From the IMG/VR virus record IMGVR_UViG_3300045988_073391, positions 1 through 54,717 of that record: DNA of 54,717 nt; one strand, 5' to 3'. Below are positions 44,494-52,855 of the stretch, piece after piece. The first letter of the stretch is position 1, and the number at the start of each line of letters is the position of its first letter. Position numbers and translations under genes: made by a program. Under the pieces are notes generated by a model. It was not told the origin of the DNA, did not search any database, and saw only the letters and a program-made list of their open reading frames with translations. This DNA is from a virus.

Positions 44494-45297
44494 ATGACAA
44501 AACAACCAATAAACCCCATCACATCACAATTCTCCAATCCATTCTTCGGCAAAAGCCTGAAAAGACGCATTGGCTCACCTCTCTACACCACCTACAAGAA
44601 TGGCATTAACGAGCTGGAGGAGCGCGACAGGCGATGCAGAGAAGAACCGACAAGCAAGGAGAGCCGCATATTTGGCGATGTGTTCTACTTGAACATGATG
44701 CGCAAAGAACTTGCTAACGAGAAGCTGCGCAGTGCGCTGTGTACTATCAGCCAGAGCAAGTACTACCGACACGACATTAAGAAGGGCGTGAAAGAACTTC
44801 AGATTAAGATAGCAAGGTGGGACAGTGATATAGCTCGCTGCATAGCTACCGACAGCTTGATTGACATGTATGACGGTCTCGCAGAATGGACGAGCGAACA
44901 CTTTGAACATCTGTGGCAACCGTTTTACTACTCGGTGATGCAGGTGCTTACACGGAATGGCGTTAAGGACGCTCCCGTGATGGCGGCTCTTGAATGTGCG
45001 CTGCCGCTGTATGAGTATGCCAACGGCCGCTTGCTGATGGACATTGCACAGACAGCAATGGACTGCCCTGCCACAAAGCTGCTTGGCGTGATGGTGGAGG
45101 AGGATATTTACCGCATGGCCGACAGACTACGCACAAGACTGGCTGGCATTGTGACTGGCAAGGACGAGGAGATTGACCTTAATGCCGACAACAACGTCAA
45201 CACAGCTGGCGTCAATCTGCTTAACGCATTGAGCAACACGGAGCAGATGAAGGGCTGGTTGCAAGATTACTTTGAATATCGCGATAGTGCGAAATAA
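44494..45297 (+). CDS. Hypothetical protein
   Basis: 267-aa ORF. Confidence 0.55.
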   Translation: MTKQPINPITSQFSNPFFGKSLKRRIGSPLYTTYKNGINELEERDRRCREEPTSKESRIFGDVFYLNMMRKELANEKLRSALCTISQSKYYRHDIKKGVKELQIKIARWDSDIARCIATDSLIDMYDGLAEWTSEHFEHLWQPFYYSVMQVLTRNGVKDAPVMAALECALPLYEYANGRLLMDIAQTAMDCPATKLLGVMVEEDIYRMADRLRTRLAGIVTGKDEEIDLNADNNVNTAGVNLLNALSNTEQMKGWLQDYFEYRDSAK

Positions 45298-45310
45298 ATT
45301 TACAAACAAC

Positions 45311-45475
45311 ATGACGATAGAAGAAAGAGTTTTACACTACACACGAAGGAATTCCTACGGAAGATTGATATTTCCTCATTGCGTGAGAGCGCACATTGAC
45401 GAGATAATGCTTTATGCGCCTTGGGCGTTGAGCGCAACAGAAGTGGATAACATTAAGAGAGGTATTATGCGATGA
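45311..45475 (+). CDS. Hypothetical small protein
   Basis: ATG at 45311 (MTIEERVLHY). Confidence 0.35.
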   Translation: MTIEERVLHYTRRNSYGRLIFPHCVRAHIDEIMLYAPWALSATEVDNIKRGIMR

Positions 45476-45656
45476 ATAAGCCTGCAGATACCTGACCGTT
45501 GCAAAAAATGCAATAGTCGAGGCCATAACACAATGTACGAAACAAGAAGTTTGCATCAGTTGCAATGCAACACACTGATGCACTTTTCTGAGAATAAATA
45601 AACAATAATCACAGTTGCCAGAATAAGTGGCGACAACAACAAAAACAAATAAAGAA

Positions 45657-45953
45657 ATGGAAACAAACATCGGGAAGAAAGTCATTATCCGCGGCGACCG
45701 CAGCGGAGTAGAGTTTGGAACATTGATAGCGCAAAACGGTCAAGAGGTTACACTGCACAATGCTCGTAGAATATGGTACTGGGAAGGAGCAGCATCTATT
45801 TCACAGCTCGCCGTAGATGGCACGTCTAGCCCAAGAGAATGCAAGTTTACTGTCACGGTAGAGAGTATTACCATTCTTGACGCAATAGAGATAATTCGAT
45901 GCACAGACAAAGCGATAGAATCAATAGAAGGTGTACCAGAATGGAAAAATTAG
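45657..45953 (+). CDS. Hypothetical conserved phage protein
   Basis: ATG at 45657. Contains VIIRGDRSGVEFGTLIAQNGQEVTLHNARRIWYWEGAASISQLA. Confidence 0.5.
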   Translation: METNIGKKVIIRGDRSGVEFGTLIAQNGQEVTLHNARRIWYWEGAASISQLAVDGTSSPRECKFTVTVESITILDAIEIIRCTDKAIESIEGVPEWKN

Positions 45954-46705
45954 AAACGCGCATAAAAGAATTTTTGAGCACAACCAGTGGCGATGGTTCT
46001 GGCCTTGGCTCTGGCTGTGGCTTTTTCGATAGCAGTGGCTGTGGTTATGGCGATGGCTCTGGTTATGGCTCTTTTTATGCCTCTGGCGATGGCTCTGGCC
46101 TTGGCGATGGCAAAGGCTATATACGTGGCGATGGCGATGGCTCTGGCAACGGCAAGGGCTTTGGTTCTGATGATGGCTGTGGCTATGGCTCTGGCAATGG
46201 CTTTGAGTCTCGCAGAGGCGTAAAGGAACTGAATGGAGAAAATGTCCATCTCGTAGATGGTCTTCAAACCATTATAAAATCAGTTCACGGCAACATTGCA
46301 CAATGTTTTGTCCTAAACAGCGACCTTACTTTGCAGCCTTGCTACATTGTCAAAGAACAAAATAAATTCGCTCATGGCAATACCTTGCACGATGCTTTCA
46401 CATCTCTGCAAGAGAAACTCGAGAGACTCTATGACGAGAGCACCGAGGAGGAGCGAATAGAGGCGTTTGTTGAGAAATTTCCAAACTACGACACGCCTTA
46501 TTCCAACCGCGACCTTTTCGATTATCACCACGTCCTCACTGGCTCATGTCGCATGGGTAGAGAGAGCTTTTGCAAGGATAAGGGCATAAACCTTGATGGC
46601 AGCACCACAGTCCGCGATTTCGTTTCTCTGACAAAGGATAGCTATGGGTCAGAAACTATTCGTATGCTACCGCAGGCTTATGGAGTGGACGAGATAGATG
46701 AATAG
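45941..46705 (+). CDS. Gly-rich (GDGSG/GYG) repeat protein with a globular C-terminal domain
   Basis: ATG at 45941. About 75 aa of G-x-G repeats, then VHLVDGLQTIIKSVHGNIAQCFVL...FAHGNTLHDA. Confidence 0.6.
   Translation: MEKLETRIKEFLSTTSGDGSGLGSGCGFFDSSGCGYGDGSGYGSFYASGDGSGLGDGKGYIRGDGDGSGNGKGFGSDDGCGYGSGNGFESRRGVKELNGENVHLVDGLQTIIKSVHGNIAQCFVLNSDLTLQPCYIVKEQNKFAHGNTLHDAFTSLQEKLERLYDESTEEERIEAFVEKFPNYDTPYSNRDLFDYHHVLTGSCRMGRESFCKDKGINLDGSTTVRDFVSLTKDSYGSETIRMLPQAYGVDEIDE
45987..46205 (+). repeat. Degenerate GGC-GAT-GGC-TCT-GG DNA repeats encoding the Gly-rich region
   Basis: ggcgatggctctgg occurs at 46049, 46085 and 46133, with many variants. The repeats create spurious ORFs on both strands. 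Confidence 0.8.
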
Positions 46706-46710
46706 TAATT

Positions 46711-46911
46711 ATGGCATGGTTGGCAGTAGATAAAAATGGTACAGAATGTATATGTAGCACCAAGCCTTATCGGGATTGGGTGGATTTTATGTGGTGTATT
46801 GAAAATATTTCCAACTCCTGTGCTATAAGACTACCAAAAGGTACTATTGAAAAGTTTATTGGAAGAAAATTAACTTGGAACGATAAGCCCGTAGAACTTA
46901 AAGATAAATAG
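46711..46911 (+). CDS. Hypothetical small protein
   Basis: 66-aa ORF. Confidence 0.4.
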   Translation: MAWLAVDKNGTECICSTKPYRDWVDFMWCIENISNSCAIRLPKGTIEKFIGRKLTWNDKPVELKDK

Positions 46912-46966
46912 CGTATGTATTAAAAATTATAACATTTATCAAAACAATATGGATTAGAAACAACGA

Positions 46967-47524
46967 ATGTTTTATTTCGGAACACATGGTTGTGTTGGGC
47001 ATTATGCTATGCCTATCAATTCTAATTTGCCTAAAGTAAAAAGAGACCGTTGGGCGGATTACGATGGTGCTATGCTTGTCTGGATAAGAAAATATGGCAC
47101 TTATAGCCAAGCAAAATTATTCGGTTCTGAGTGGTCTGTGTATGCAGTTCCTTGGTCGGTTGATGATGCACGCGGTGGTTGTCACACTGATTTCCTTTGG
47201 GAAGGCGAGCACACTAAAGAAGAAATGGAAGCATATATTAAGCAAGACGCTTTTCTTCGTAGGCAGTTCCGTTTTAAGCTTGAAGCCAACATGGTGCGTA
47301 AAGGTGACATTGTTCATGCGTCAGACGACACGCTCATCAAAATCCATCACATTGGCGCAGAAGGAGAAGTTTATTATGAAGCCTATGCAGACAATGCTCG
47401 TGGACGAATACAACATGAACCGTACACTTGTCATTACGGATTTATCACAAGTTGCTATCCTGCTACCGAAAAGCAAAAGCGGTGGTTTATGAATCGAATG
47501 AGCAAAACGAATGACAGAATATGA
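46967..47524 (+). CDS. Hypothetical protein
   Basis: 185-aa ORF. Confidence 0.5.
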   Translation: MFYFGTHGCVGHYAMPINSNLPKVKRDRWADYDGAMLVWIRKYGTYSQAKLFGSEWSVYAVPWSVDDARGGCHTDFLWEGEHTKEEMEAYIKQDAFLRRQFRFKLEANMVRKGDIVHASDDTLIKIHHIGAEGEVYYEAYADNARGRIQHEPYTCHYGFITSCYPATEKQKRWFMNRMSKTNDRI

Positions 47525-47712
47525 CGGAAAAAGAAAAGATTAGAATGCTGCTCAAAATGCGCAACCAGATTGCGAGCATGGGCATGGACTACAAGTGCAG
47601 CTGCACATTCGTTGAAAACAGACTGACAGACCCGAATGTCGCAAAGACGTTTGATGCGCTGAGGGAGGCACTGGAAAATCAAATACGTAAACAATTCAAA
47701 TTTAACATTTAG
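47521..47712 (+). CDS. Hypothetical small protein
   Basis: ATGA coupling. Confidence 0.4.
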   Translation: MTEKEKIRMLLKMRNQIASMGMDYKCSCTFVENRLTDPNVAKTFDALREALENQIRKQFKFNI

Positions 47713-47716
47713 AGCT

Positions 47717-48031
47717 ATGACAACAACATTATACAATTACACACCCCACTCGATAACGCTTAACAGCGGAGAGAAGTATGACAGTGTCGGGGTGGCACGA
47801 GTTCAGAACACTTTCAGCGAGGTTGATGATAACGGCATTTGCTCGGTTGAATATGGCGACATAACGGGGCTTCCAGAACCTAAAGATGGCTGCACGTATA
47901 TCGTAAGCGCATTGGTACTTGCGGCAGCTAAGGCGGCTGGCAGAACGGATTGCGTTGCGCCTGCAACGGGCCACCCTGATTGTCTGCGCAAGGACGGGTT
48001 TATCGTTTCTGTTCCTTGCTTTGTGAGATAA
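47717..48031 (+). CDS. Hypothetical protein
   Basis: 104-aa ORF. Confidence 0.45.
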   Translation: MTTTLYNYTPHSITLNSGEKYDSVGVARVQNTFSEVDDNGICSVEYGDITGLPEPKDGCTYIVSALVLAAAKAAGRTDCVAPATGHPDCLRKDGFIVSVPCFVR

Positions 48032-48058
48032 CATTACTAACAACAAAAACCAAACAAT

Positions 48059-48742
48059 ATGCAAGTAGAAATAAGTGCAATGATTGAGGATTACGATATT
48101 CTCGCTTACGTGCCGACGCATAAACAGGCTAAAGTAATTGACAACATCTTCTATGAGTGTGCCGAAGAGAGTAGAAGAGAATTTATTCACGGTCTTGATG
48201 ATTCTTACCTCATAGAAGAATTAGAAGAAAGAGGTTTTACAATAACTAAAAAACGAACAACAATGGATAACAAAGTATTTGACTATCACGAAATCAAAAC
48301 CTTTGCAGATGCTTGTGAGAAGTTGGGCATGAAAGAACACCTACTTACTGGCAGTATGGGTGGAGATAGAGAAGCGCAAGGACAAGCGCAAGCACTTTAC
48401 AAGTTGCTGATTATCCAAAAGGCTATCAACAATGGCAAGTGGCGTGATGAAGAAGGCTGGAGCTTTTACCCTTACTGGGTGCTCTACTCTAAGGAAGAAA
48501 TGGAGCGCATGAGTGAGGAGGAGAAGCAGAGAAAGGGTATTAGACAGCTCCTCTCCTGTGCTGATGCGGATAGTACGGGGAGTGCGGGTGTCCGCTGTGC
48601 GTATGCGAGTAATCGTGGTGCGCATACGGTTACGAGTTTTGGTTTCCCCTTGTGCTTTAACAGCGAGGAAGCCGCCCTCTACGCCGCCCATCAGTTTGAA
48701 GATTTGTTCTTTCAGTACTACGGAATTAAAGTAAAAGCGTAA
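48059..48742 (+). CDS. Hypothetical protein
   Basis: 227-aa ORF. Confidence 0.5.
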   Translation: MQVEISAMIEDYDILAYVPTHKQAKVIDNIFYECAEESRREFIHGLDDSYLIEELEERGFTITKKRTTMDNKVFDYHEIKTFADACEKLGMKEHLLTGSMGGDREAQGQAQALYKLLIIQKAINNGKWRDEEGWSFYPYWVLYSKEEMERMSEEEKQRKGIRQLLSCADADSTGSAGVRCAYASNRGAHTVTSFGFPLCFNSEEAALYAAHQFEDLFFQYYGIKVKA

Positions 48743-48758
48743 CATAACTAAAAACAAT

Positions 48759-48995
48759 ATGGGAAAGAAGCAATACAACGAATGGATAAGCGTTAAGGAC
48801 GAGCTTCCAGAATATGAGGAGGTCGTGCTTGTGTGCAACGAAAAAGACCCTTGTGATGTTTGGTTTGCATCTCGTAGCAGCCTGCATGCACGTACCGATA
48901 TCAATGGCTTCGGTAAAAGTATTGAAGATGATGTAACTCATTGGACAAGAGTTAAACCATTAAACAAGAGACAATATGACACGAACAAAATTTAA
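48759..48995 (+). CDS. DUF551-like protein
   Basis: WISVKDELPEYEEVVLVC...THWTRVKPL. Confidence 0.55.
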   Translation: MGKKQYNEWISVKDELPEYEEVVLVCNEKDPCDVWFASRSSLHARTDINGFGKSIEDDVTHWTRVKPLNKRQYDTNKI

Positions 48996-49506
48996 GAAAA
49001 TTCCGTTTAACCTTGAACTTGCGAAGAAAATAATGAACAAGGAGGTAAAAGGAAGGATAGTATCAGAAGATGGTCGTAAGGTTCGCATTATTTACATCGA
49101 CAACGAGTCCTTTACTGAAACAACATTCCTCGCACTGTATAAGGATAAAGATTTTAATATAGAGAGAGACTACCGATTGAATAAAGATGGAAGATATTTC
49201 CGAGGAGAAAGAAGTGACCTTGACCTCCATATTGAAGTCCCAAAATACCGCGACTACTCCAACTTTGTTCCTCAAAGATGGCAGACTTGTTTGGTGAGAG
49301 ATTATTCTTTAGATATATGGAGAGTAGCAGTATGTAGCGGAAAAGATGCTTATGGTAGACCACTCTTTTACTCGGAAAGGAATACTCATGGCTGTTGCGG
49401 TTGGTATCATTATCTCCCACTTTCTAAGGTAACCGAGCGTCTGATTGGTATAAGCAAGAGCTACGAGCAGTTGATTAAAGAGCTTGACGGAAATGGGCAA
49501 GATTAA
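48976..49506 (+). CDS. Hypothetical protein
   Basis: 176-aa ORF. Confidence 0.5.
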   Translation: MTRTKFKKIPFNLELAKKIMNKEVKGRIVSEDGRKVRIIYIDNESFTETTFLALYKDKDFNIERDYRLNKDGRYFRGERSDLDLHIEVPKYRDYSNFVPQRWQTCLVRDYSLDIWRVAVCSGKDAYGRPLFYSERNTHGCCGWYHYLPLSKVTERLIGISKSYEQLIKELDGNGQD

Positions 49507-49663
49507 AGCATGTGACGGGCAAGGCTGCAAGGAGCGCAAGGCTTGCCTGCGATTTGCTCTGTCGCATACAGAGAGTGACAGACACAACATTCACAAGGCT
49601 TGCTATTTCGCAAGTCCGAACGGGCGAGACTGCCCGATAATGATTAAACAAAGAACAATATGA
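49493..49663 (+). CDS. 56-aa Cys-rich ORF (not in the ORF track)
   Basis: MGKIKACDGQGCKERKACLRFALSH...RDCPIMIKQRTI. Overlaps the upstream gene by 14 nt and is ATGA-coupled to the next gene. Confidence 0.4.
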   Translation: MGKIKACDGQGCKERKACLRFALSHTESDRHNIHKACYFASPNGRDCPIMIKQRTI

Positions 49664-49968
49664 AAGAGGACATGACTGCACTTGTGCTAAGACACATACC
49701 AGAACGTGTTCCGCGCACCAAAGCGGAGCTTGCCGACATCTATCTGACCGAGTCGAATAAAATTGAAACAGACCGCATGAAGTCGCGTGAGAGAAAACGT
49801 GACGATGACGAGGTGGTCAAGAGCCGCTACGACTCGCTGATTGCCGACAAGGAGGCACTACTCACCGAACTGCAAAACGAGATAGAGAAACTTAGACATG
49901 AGATGTCTGGGAAACTCTTATATGCCAGTTTGGAAGAGGAGCTCAGGAACCTGGAACTTGCCGACTGA
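49660..49968 (+). CDS. Hypothetical coiled-coil protein
   Basis: 102-aa ORF. Confidence 0.5.
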   Translation: MKEDMTALVLRHIPERVPRTKAELADIYLTESNKIETDRMKSRERKRDDDEVVKSRYDSLIADKEALLTELQNEIEKLRHEMSGKLLYASLEEELRNLELAD

Positions 49969-50059
49969 CGGAAGGTGCTTGATATGTGGTTTGAGACAAT
50001 GCGAAACAGAATAGAAAAAGAACAAGGAAACAGCAAATAACAAAAAAAACGAATAAATT

Positions 50060-50353
50060 ATGACGAAACTTTTTGTAGAAGAATTGAAGGATATGTATGC
50101 AGTGTTAGAAGATGCCATACAGAACTCTGACCACACGGATTTTGACCAGTGTTATTGGGCACTTGAAGAGTTGTGCAAGCACGCCCTGCACGGCTCAGAC
50201 AGATATGAGGGAGTGGCTTCTATTCGTGATTTTAGAAATATGGAAAAAAGAGACATGAATTATGTGCAGGGACTCATGAGCAAGGAGCAGGAGAAAGCTT
50301 ACCTTGATGATGAGTGGGAACGCCTAACTGGTAAAGAGGAGGGTAAGGAATGA
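50060..50353 (+). CDS. Hypothetical protein
   Basis: 97-aa ORF. Confidence 0.5.
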   Translation: MTKLFVEELKDMYAVLEDAIQNSDHTDFDQCYWALEELCKHALHGSDRYEGVASIRDFRNMEKRDMNYVQGLMSKEQEKAYLDDEWERLTGKEEGKE

Positions 50354-50541
50354 TAGCGATGATTTTTGCCGCTGTGGCGTTTATCTGTGGTATGTTCGTT
50401 GCTTACCTTGCAGGCAAGGATATTGGCAGAGAGAACGGATATTATGAGGGCCGCAGCGAGGCTCGCAGAGACCTTGAACACATTGTTGAACACTACAAAA
50501 AAATGGCTTATGCAAAGGACACTCCAACAGAGGGCGCGTGA
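50350..50541 (+). CDS. Small N-terminal-TM protein
   Basis: ATGA coupling. Starts MIAMIFAAVAFICGMFVAYLAG. Confidence 0.45.
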   Translation: MIAMIFAAVAFICGMFVAYLAGKDIGRENGYYEGRSEARRDLEHIVEHYKKMAYAKDTPTEGA

Positions 50542-50662
50542 GGCTGCCGACCGCATTCGCTGTGACGAGTGTGGCGAGCAAAGCACTTGTACGCCACTTA
50601 TGGCGAAAGCCTGTCTTAAAGGTTTTATTCGCGGTTATGTTGCCGCTAATTCTAAAAATTGA
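50510..50662 (+). CDS. 50-aa Cys-containing ORF (tentative)
   Basis: ATG at 50510 in the frame of track ORF 50366-50662. The tail AADRIRCDECGEQSTCTPLMAKACLKGFIRGY looks protein-like. Confidence 0.3.
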   Translation: MQRTLQQRAREAADRIRCDECGEQSTCTPLMAKACLKGFIRGYVAANSKN

Positions 50663-50667
50663 CAAAA

Positions 50668-50763
50668 ATGAAACTACTGATAGTAATAGCACTAATGTTG
50701 TTCGTTTACTGGCTCTGGAAGGACATCAACCGTCATGACGGACCACCGATTGCGAGCAACTAA
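50668..50763 (+). CDS. 31-aa hydrophobic ORF (tentative)
   Basis: MKLLIVIALMLFVYWLWKDINRHDGPPIASN. Confidence 0.3.
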   Translation: MKLLIVIALMLFVYWLWKDINRHDGPPIASN

Positions 50764-50773
50764 TTAGCAACAT

Positions 50774-50891
50774 ACCCCACTTACCAACCTCATATTTTAT
50801 TTACTTCATAAATATAAATGGTTTTGTTTAGTTGGATTGTTTTTAATTGCCCGAGGTCTGGTAACACTCGGTCCGTGTCCGAGGTGGGGTA
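50774..50891 (+). ncRNA. Structured tRNA-like element, unit A
   Basis: Acceptor-like ACCCCAC (50774-50780) pairs with GTGGGGT (50884-50890). Bipartite helix ACCA-CCTC (50783-50791) pairs with GAGG-TGGT (50853-50862). T-arm-like CTCGG/TCCGTGT/CCGAG (50867-50883). Confidence 0.5.
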
Positions 50892-50897
50892 CTTATA

Positions 50898-51001
50898 AGC
50901 CCTCTCTGCAACGCCACAATTTTATTTACTTAATACTAAAGGATTGATTTTTAATGGTGCAGTGGTGTCGGCAGCACGTGGTTCGTGGCCACGGAGGGCG
51001 C
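50898..51001 (+). ncRNA. Structured tRNA-like element, unit B
   Basis: GCCCTC (50899-50904) pairs with GAGGGC (50994-50999). CTGC-CGCCAC (50906-50917) pairs with GTGGTG-GCAG (50962-50974). CGTGG/TTCGTGG/CCACG (50977-50993). The AT-rich interior is shared with unit A. Confidence 0.5.
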
Positions 51002-51020
51002 AATTTTAATGAGAAATAAT

Positions 51021-51185
51021 ATGACTACAAAACAAGTTATTCACGCCCTGCACCTGCACCAGAAATGGCGCAGAGGGGCAATTAGCGAGATGCCTCTGAC
51101 GGCAAAGGAATATGGTGAAACCTTGGACGAGGCAATAAGACTATTACGGCAATATGACAAACAGCAAGACGGGGCAGTGCGGTGA
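51021..51185 (+). CDS. Hypothetical small protein
   Basis: ATG at 51021 (MTTKQVIHALHLHQKWRRG). Confidence 0.4.
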   Translation: MTTKQVIHALHLHQKWRRGAISEMPLTAKEYGETLDEAIRLLRQYDKQQDGAVR

Positions 51186-51306
51186 GTGCCTGAGGTTCGC
51201 CAAGGGCAGATGCCCGAAATTCTTTTCCAACTCTGTGCGGACAGCGTGTAATGGCTTCACACAGAGCAAATCAGTAACTAAAAATACACACTTCGATAAA
51301 GTATAA
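51154..51306 (+). CDS. 50-aa Cys-rich ORF (not in the ORF track)
   Basis: MTNSKTGQCGECLRFAKGRCPKFFSNSVRTACNGF... Shares the CLRFA core with ORF 49493-49663. Confidence 0.35.
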   Translation: MTNSKTGQCGECLRFAKGRCPKFFSNSVRTACNGFTQSKSVTKNTHFDKV

Positions 51307-51311
51307 ACATT

Positions 51312-51671
51312 ATGACATTCGACGAATACCAAGAACTTGCAATGACTTTCTGCACAAAGGAGAGTAACAATTTACCATACATGATACTCGGCCTTAACGA
51401 GGAAGTAGGAGAACTGACAGGAAAGCTTGCAAAAGCAGTGCGCAAGGGACTGCTAAAACCTGACCTTACCTTTGACGAGGACAACGTGAGTGAAGAACAT
51501 TTTGAACTCATGGACAACATTACAAAGGAATGTGGCGATGTACTATGGATGCTCGCTGGGGTACACTCCGTTCTTAACAAACGGCTCGAAACTACTGCGC
51601 ATCTGAATATACACAAACTTACAAGCCGCAAAAAACGAGGCGTTATCGTCGGGGATGGCGACAACAGATGA
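51312..51671 (+). CDS. mazG: MazG-like nucleotide pyrophosphohydrolase
   Basis: LGLNEEVGELTGKLAK and ECGDVLWMLAGV. Confidence 0.8.
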   Translation: MTFDEYQELAMTFCTKESNNLPYMILGLNEEVGELTGKLAKAVRKGLLKPDLTFDEDNVSEEHFELMDNITKECGDVLWMLAGVHSVLNKRLETTAHLNIHKLTSRKKRGVIVGDGDNR

Positions 51672-52285
51672 GCAAAGATTGGAATGGAGGATTTAATTCC
51701 GTTTTCAAATGTCTCGGCGCAAGCTCGCACACTGAAAAAGAACGCGAGCCTAACGACTACTATGCCACAAGCCCTGAAGCAATAGACCTGTTGTTTGAAA
51801 GCAACAACTTCGTTCGGCCAAAATATGTTTGGGAGTGCGCATGCGGTGAGGGGCATCTCGCAAAACGACTTGCCGATTTTGGCTGCAAAGTATATTCGTC
51901 AGACCTCATTTATAGGGGGTTCGGCACAGGTGGCGTTGACTTCCTTGAACAGGTTGAAATGCCATTCCGTAACGTTGGAAGATGTATTATCACTAATCCT
52001 CCGTATAAATACGCTATGGAGTTTATACTTCATGCGCTTGCCTTGCTTGAAAATGGTGAACGCGCGGTGTTCTTCCTAAAGACAAGTGCGCTTGAAGGCA
52101 AGAAAAGATACGAAAGGTTATTCAAGCCTTTCCCTCCTAAAATGATTTACCAATTCAAAGGGAGAGTCATCTGCGCAAAAAATGGCGATTTTGGAAACAT
52201 GAAGAAGGTCGGCAGTGCGGTTAGCTATGCCTGGTTTGAATGGGTCAAAGGCTATAACGGTGTAACTAATATTTGTTGGATATGA
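51668..52285 (+). CDS. N6-adenine DNA methyltransferase (orphan)
   Basis: SAM motif VWECACGEGHL and catalytic motif CIITNPPYKY. Confidence 0.8.
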   Translation: MSKDWNGGFNSVFKCLGASSHTEKEREPNDYYATSPEAIDLLFESNNFVRPKYVWECACGEGHLAKRLADFGCKVYSSDLIYRGFGTGGVDFLEQVEMPFRNVGRCIITNPPYKYAMEFILHALALLENGERAVFFLKTSALEGKKRYERLFKPFPPKMIYQFKGRVICAKNGDFGNMKKVGSAVSYAWFEWVKGYNGVTNICWI

Positions 52286-52719
52286 TAGATGTAGAAAAAT
52301 TGTCAGTCTTGGAAAAGCTTGTCAAGGAGCAAAGAGCATTACGTAAGAGAATTGAAACCGCTTTCCCCAAAAGGCAGATAGATAAAAATTCCATAGCTTG
52401 TTTCTTTGGTGCAATGACAGCCTTGGGAATAGAGAAAGACGCAAAGCTTTTTGTTATGCTTTACCTTTGTTCCCCCCATACACTTTCTGGGTGCAAGATG
52501 AAGCGAGGCTTACGCGACTTTTTGGCATCATTGTTCAAGTATACATCTCCAAGTTCTGTGTCAATGAAAAGTAGAGGTCTACTTTTCCGGTATAAGCATT
52601 ACAAGACTATGCAGAATGACGTAGACCGGGCTTTGAATGCCATAAGAAAGAGTTTTGACAGCGGAGTTCTAAACATTTGCGAAGCTCCTAATAATCAACA
52701 ACTTACGAACGAAAAATAA
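52282..52719 (+). CDS. Hypothetical protein
   Basis: ATG at 52282 overlaps the methyltransferase TGA. Confidence 0.45.
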   Translation: MIDVEKLSVLEKLVKEQRALRKRIETAFPKRQIDKNSIACFFGAMTALGIEKDAKLFVMLYLCSPHTLSGCKMKRGLRDFLASLFKYTSPSSVSMKSRGLLFRYKHYKTMQNDVDRALNAIRKSFDSGVLNICEAPNNQQLTNEK

Positions 52720-52753
52720 CCCAAAAATATTTGCACATATAATACTTATTGCA

Positions 52754-52761
52754 TACCTTTG
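52754..52761 (+). promoter_or_regulatory. TAnnTTTG box upstream of the tRNA
   Basis: TACCTTTG, 95 nt before the tRNA 5' end. Confidence 0.45.
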
Positions 52762-52855
52762 CAAACGGTTGAAAACCTTACAAACCTATTAGTAACAATA
52801 AGGTGAAGAATCAATTTGTTGATGAATTGCGAATGTTCTATTTTTGTGTCTATAT

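Noticed and set aside
45553-45581. 8-bp hairpin GCATCAGT/ACTGATGC with an internal TTGCA/TGCAA palindrome in the 45476-45656 gap.
   Set aside because: It is probably an ordinary inter-cistronic hairpin or weak terminator. It has no T-arm or acceptor features and no repeat partner elsewhere.
45950-46267. ORFs on both strands (45950-46267 minus, 45987-46223 plus) made of Ala/Ile/Met-Ala repeats; also considered as a CRISPR-like or satellite array.
   Set aside because: They are alternative frames of the GGC-GAT-GGC-TCT repeat that encodes the Gly-rich N-terminus of 45941-46705. There is no repeat-spacer organisation, so this is not a CRISPR array.
50538-50738. 66-aa ORF with an alternative start overlapping the small-ORF cluster.
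   Set aside because: Its composition is not protein-like. The competing frames (50510-50662 and 50668-50763) give more plausible short products.
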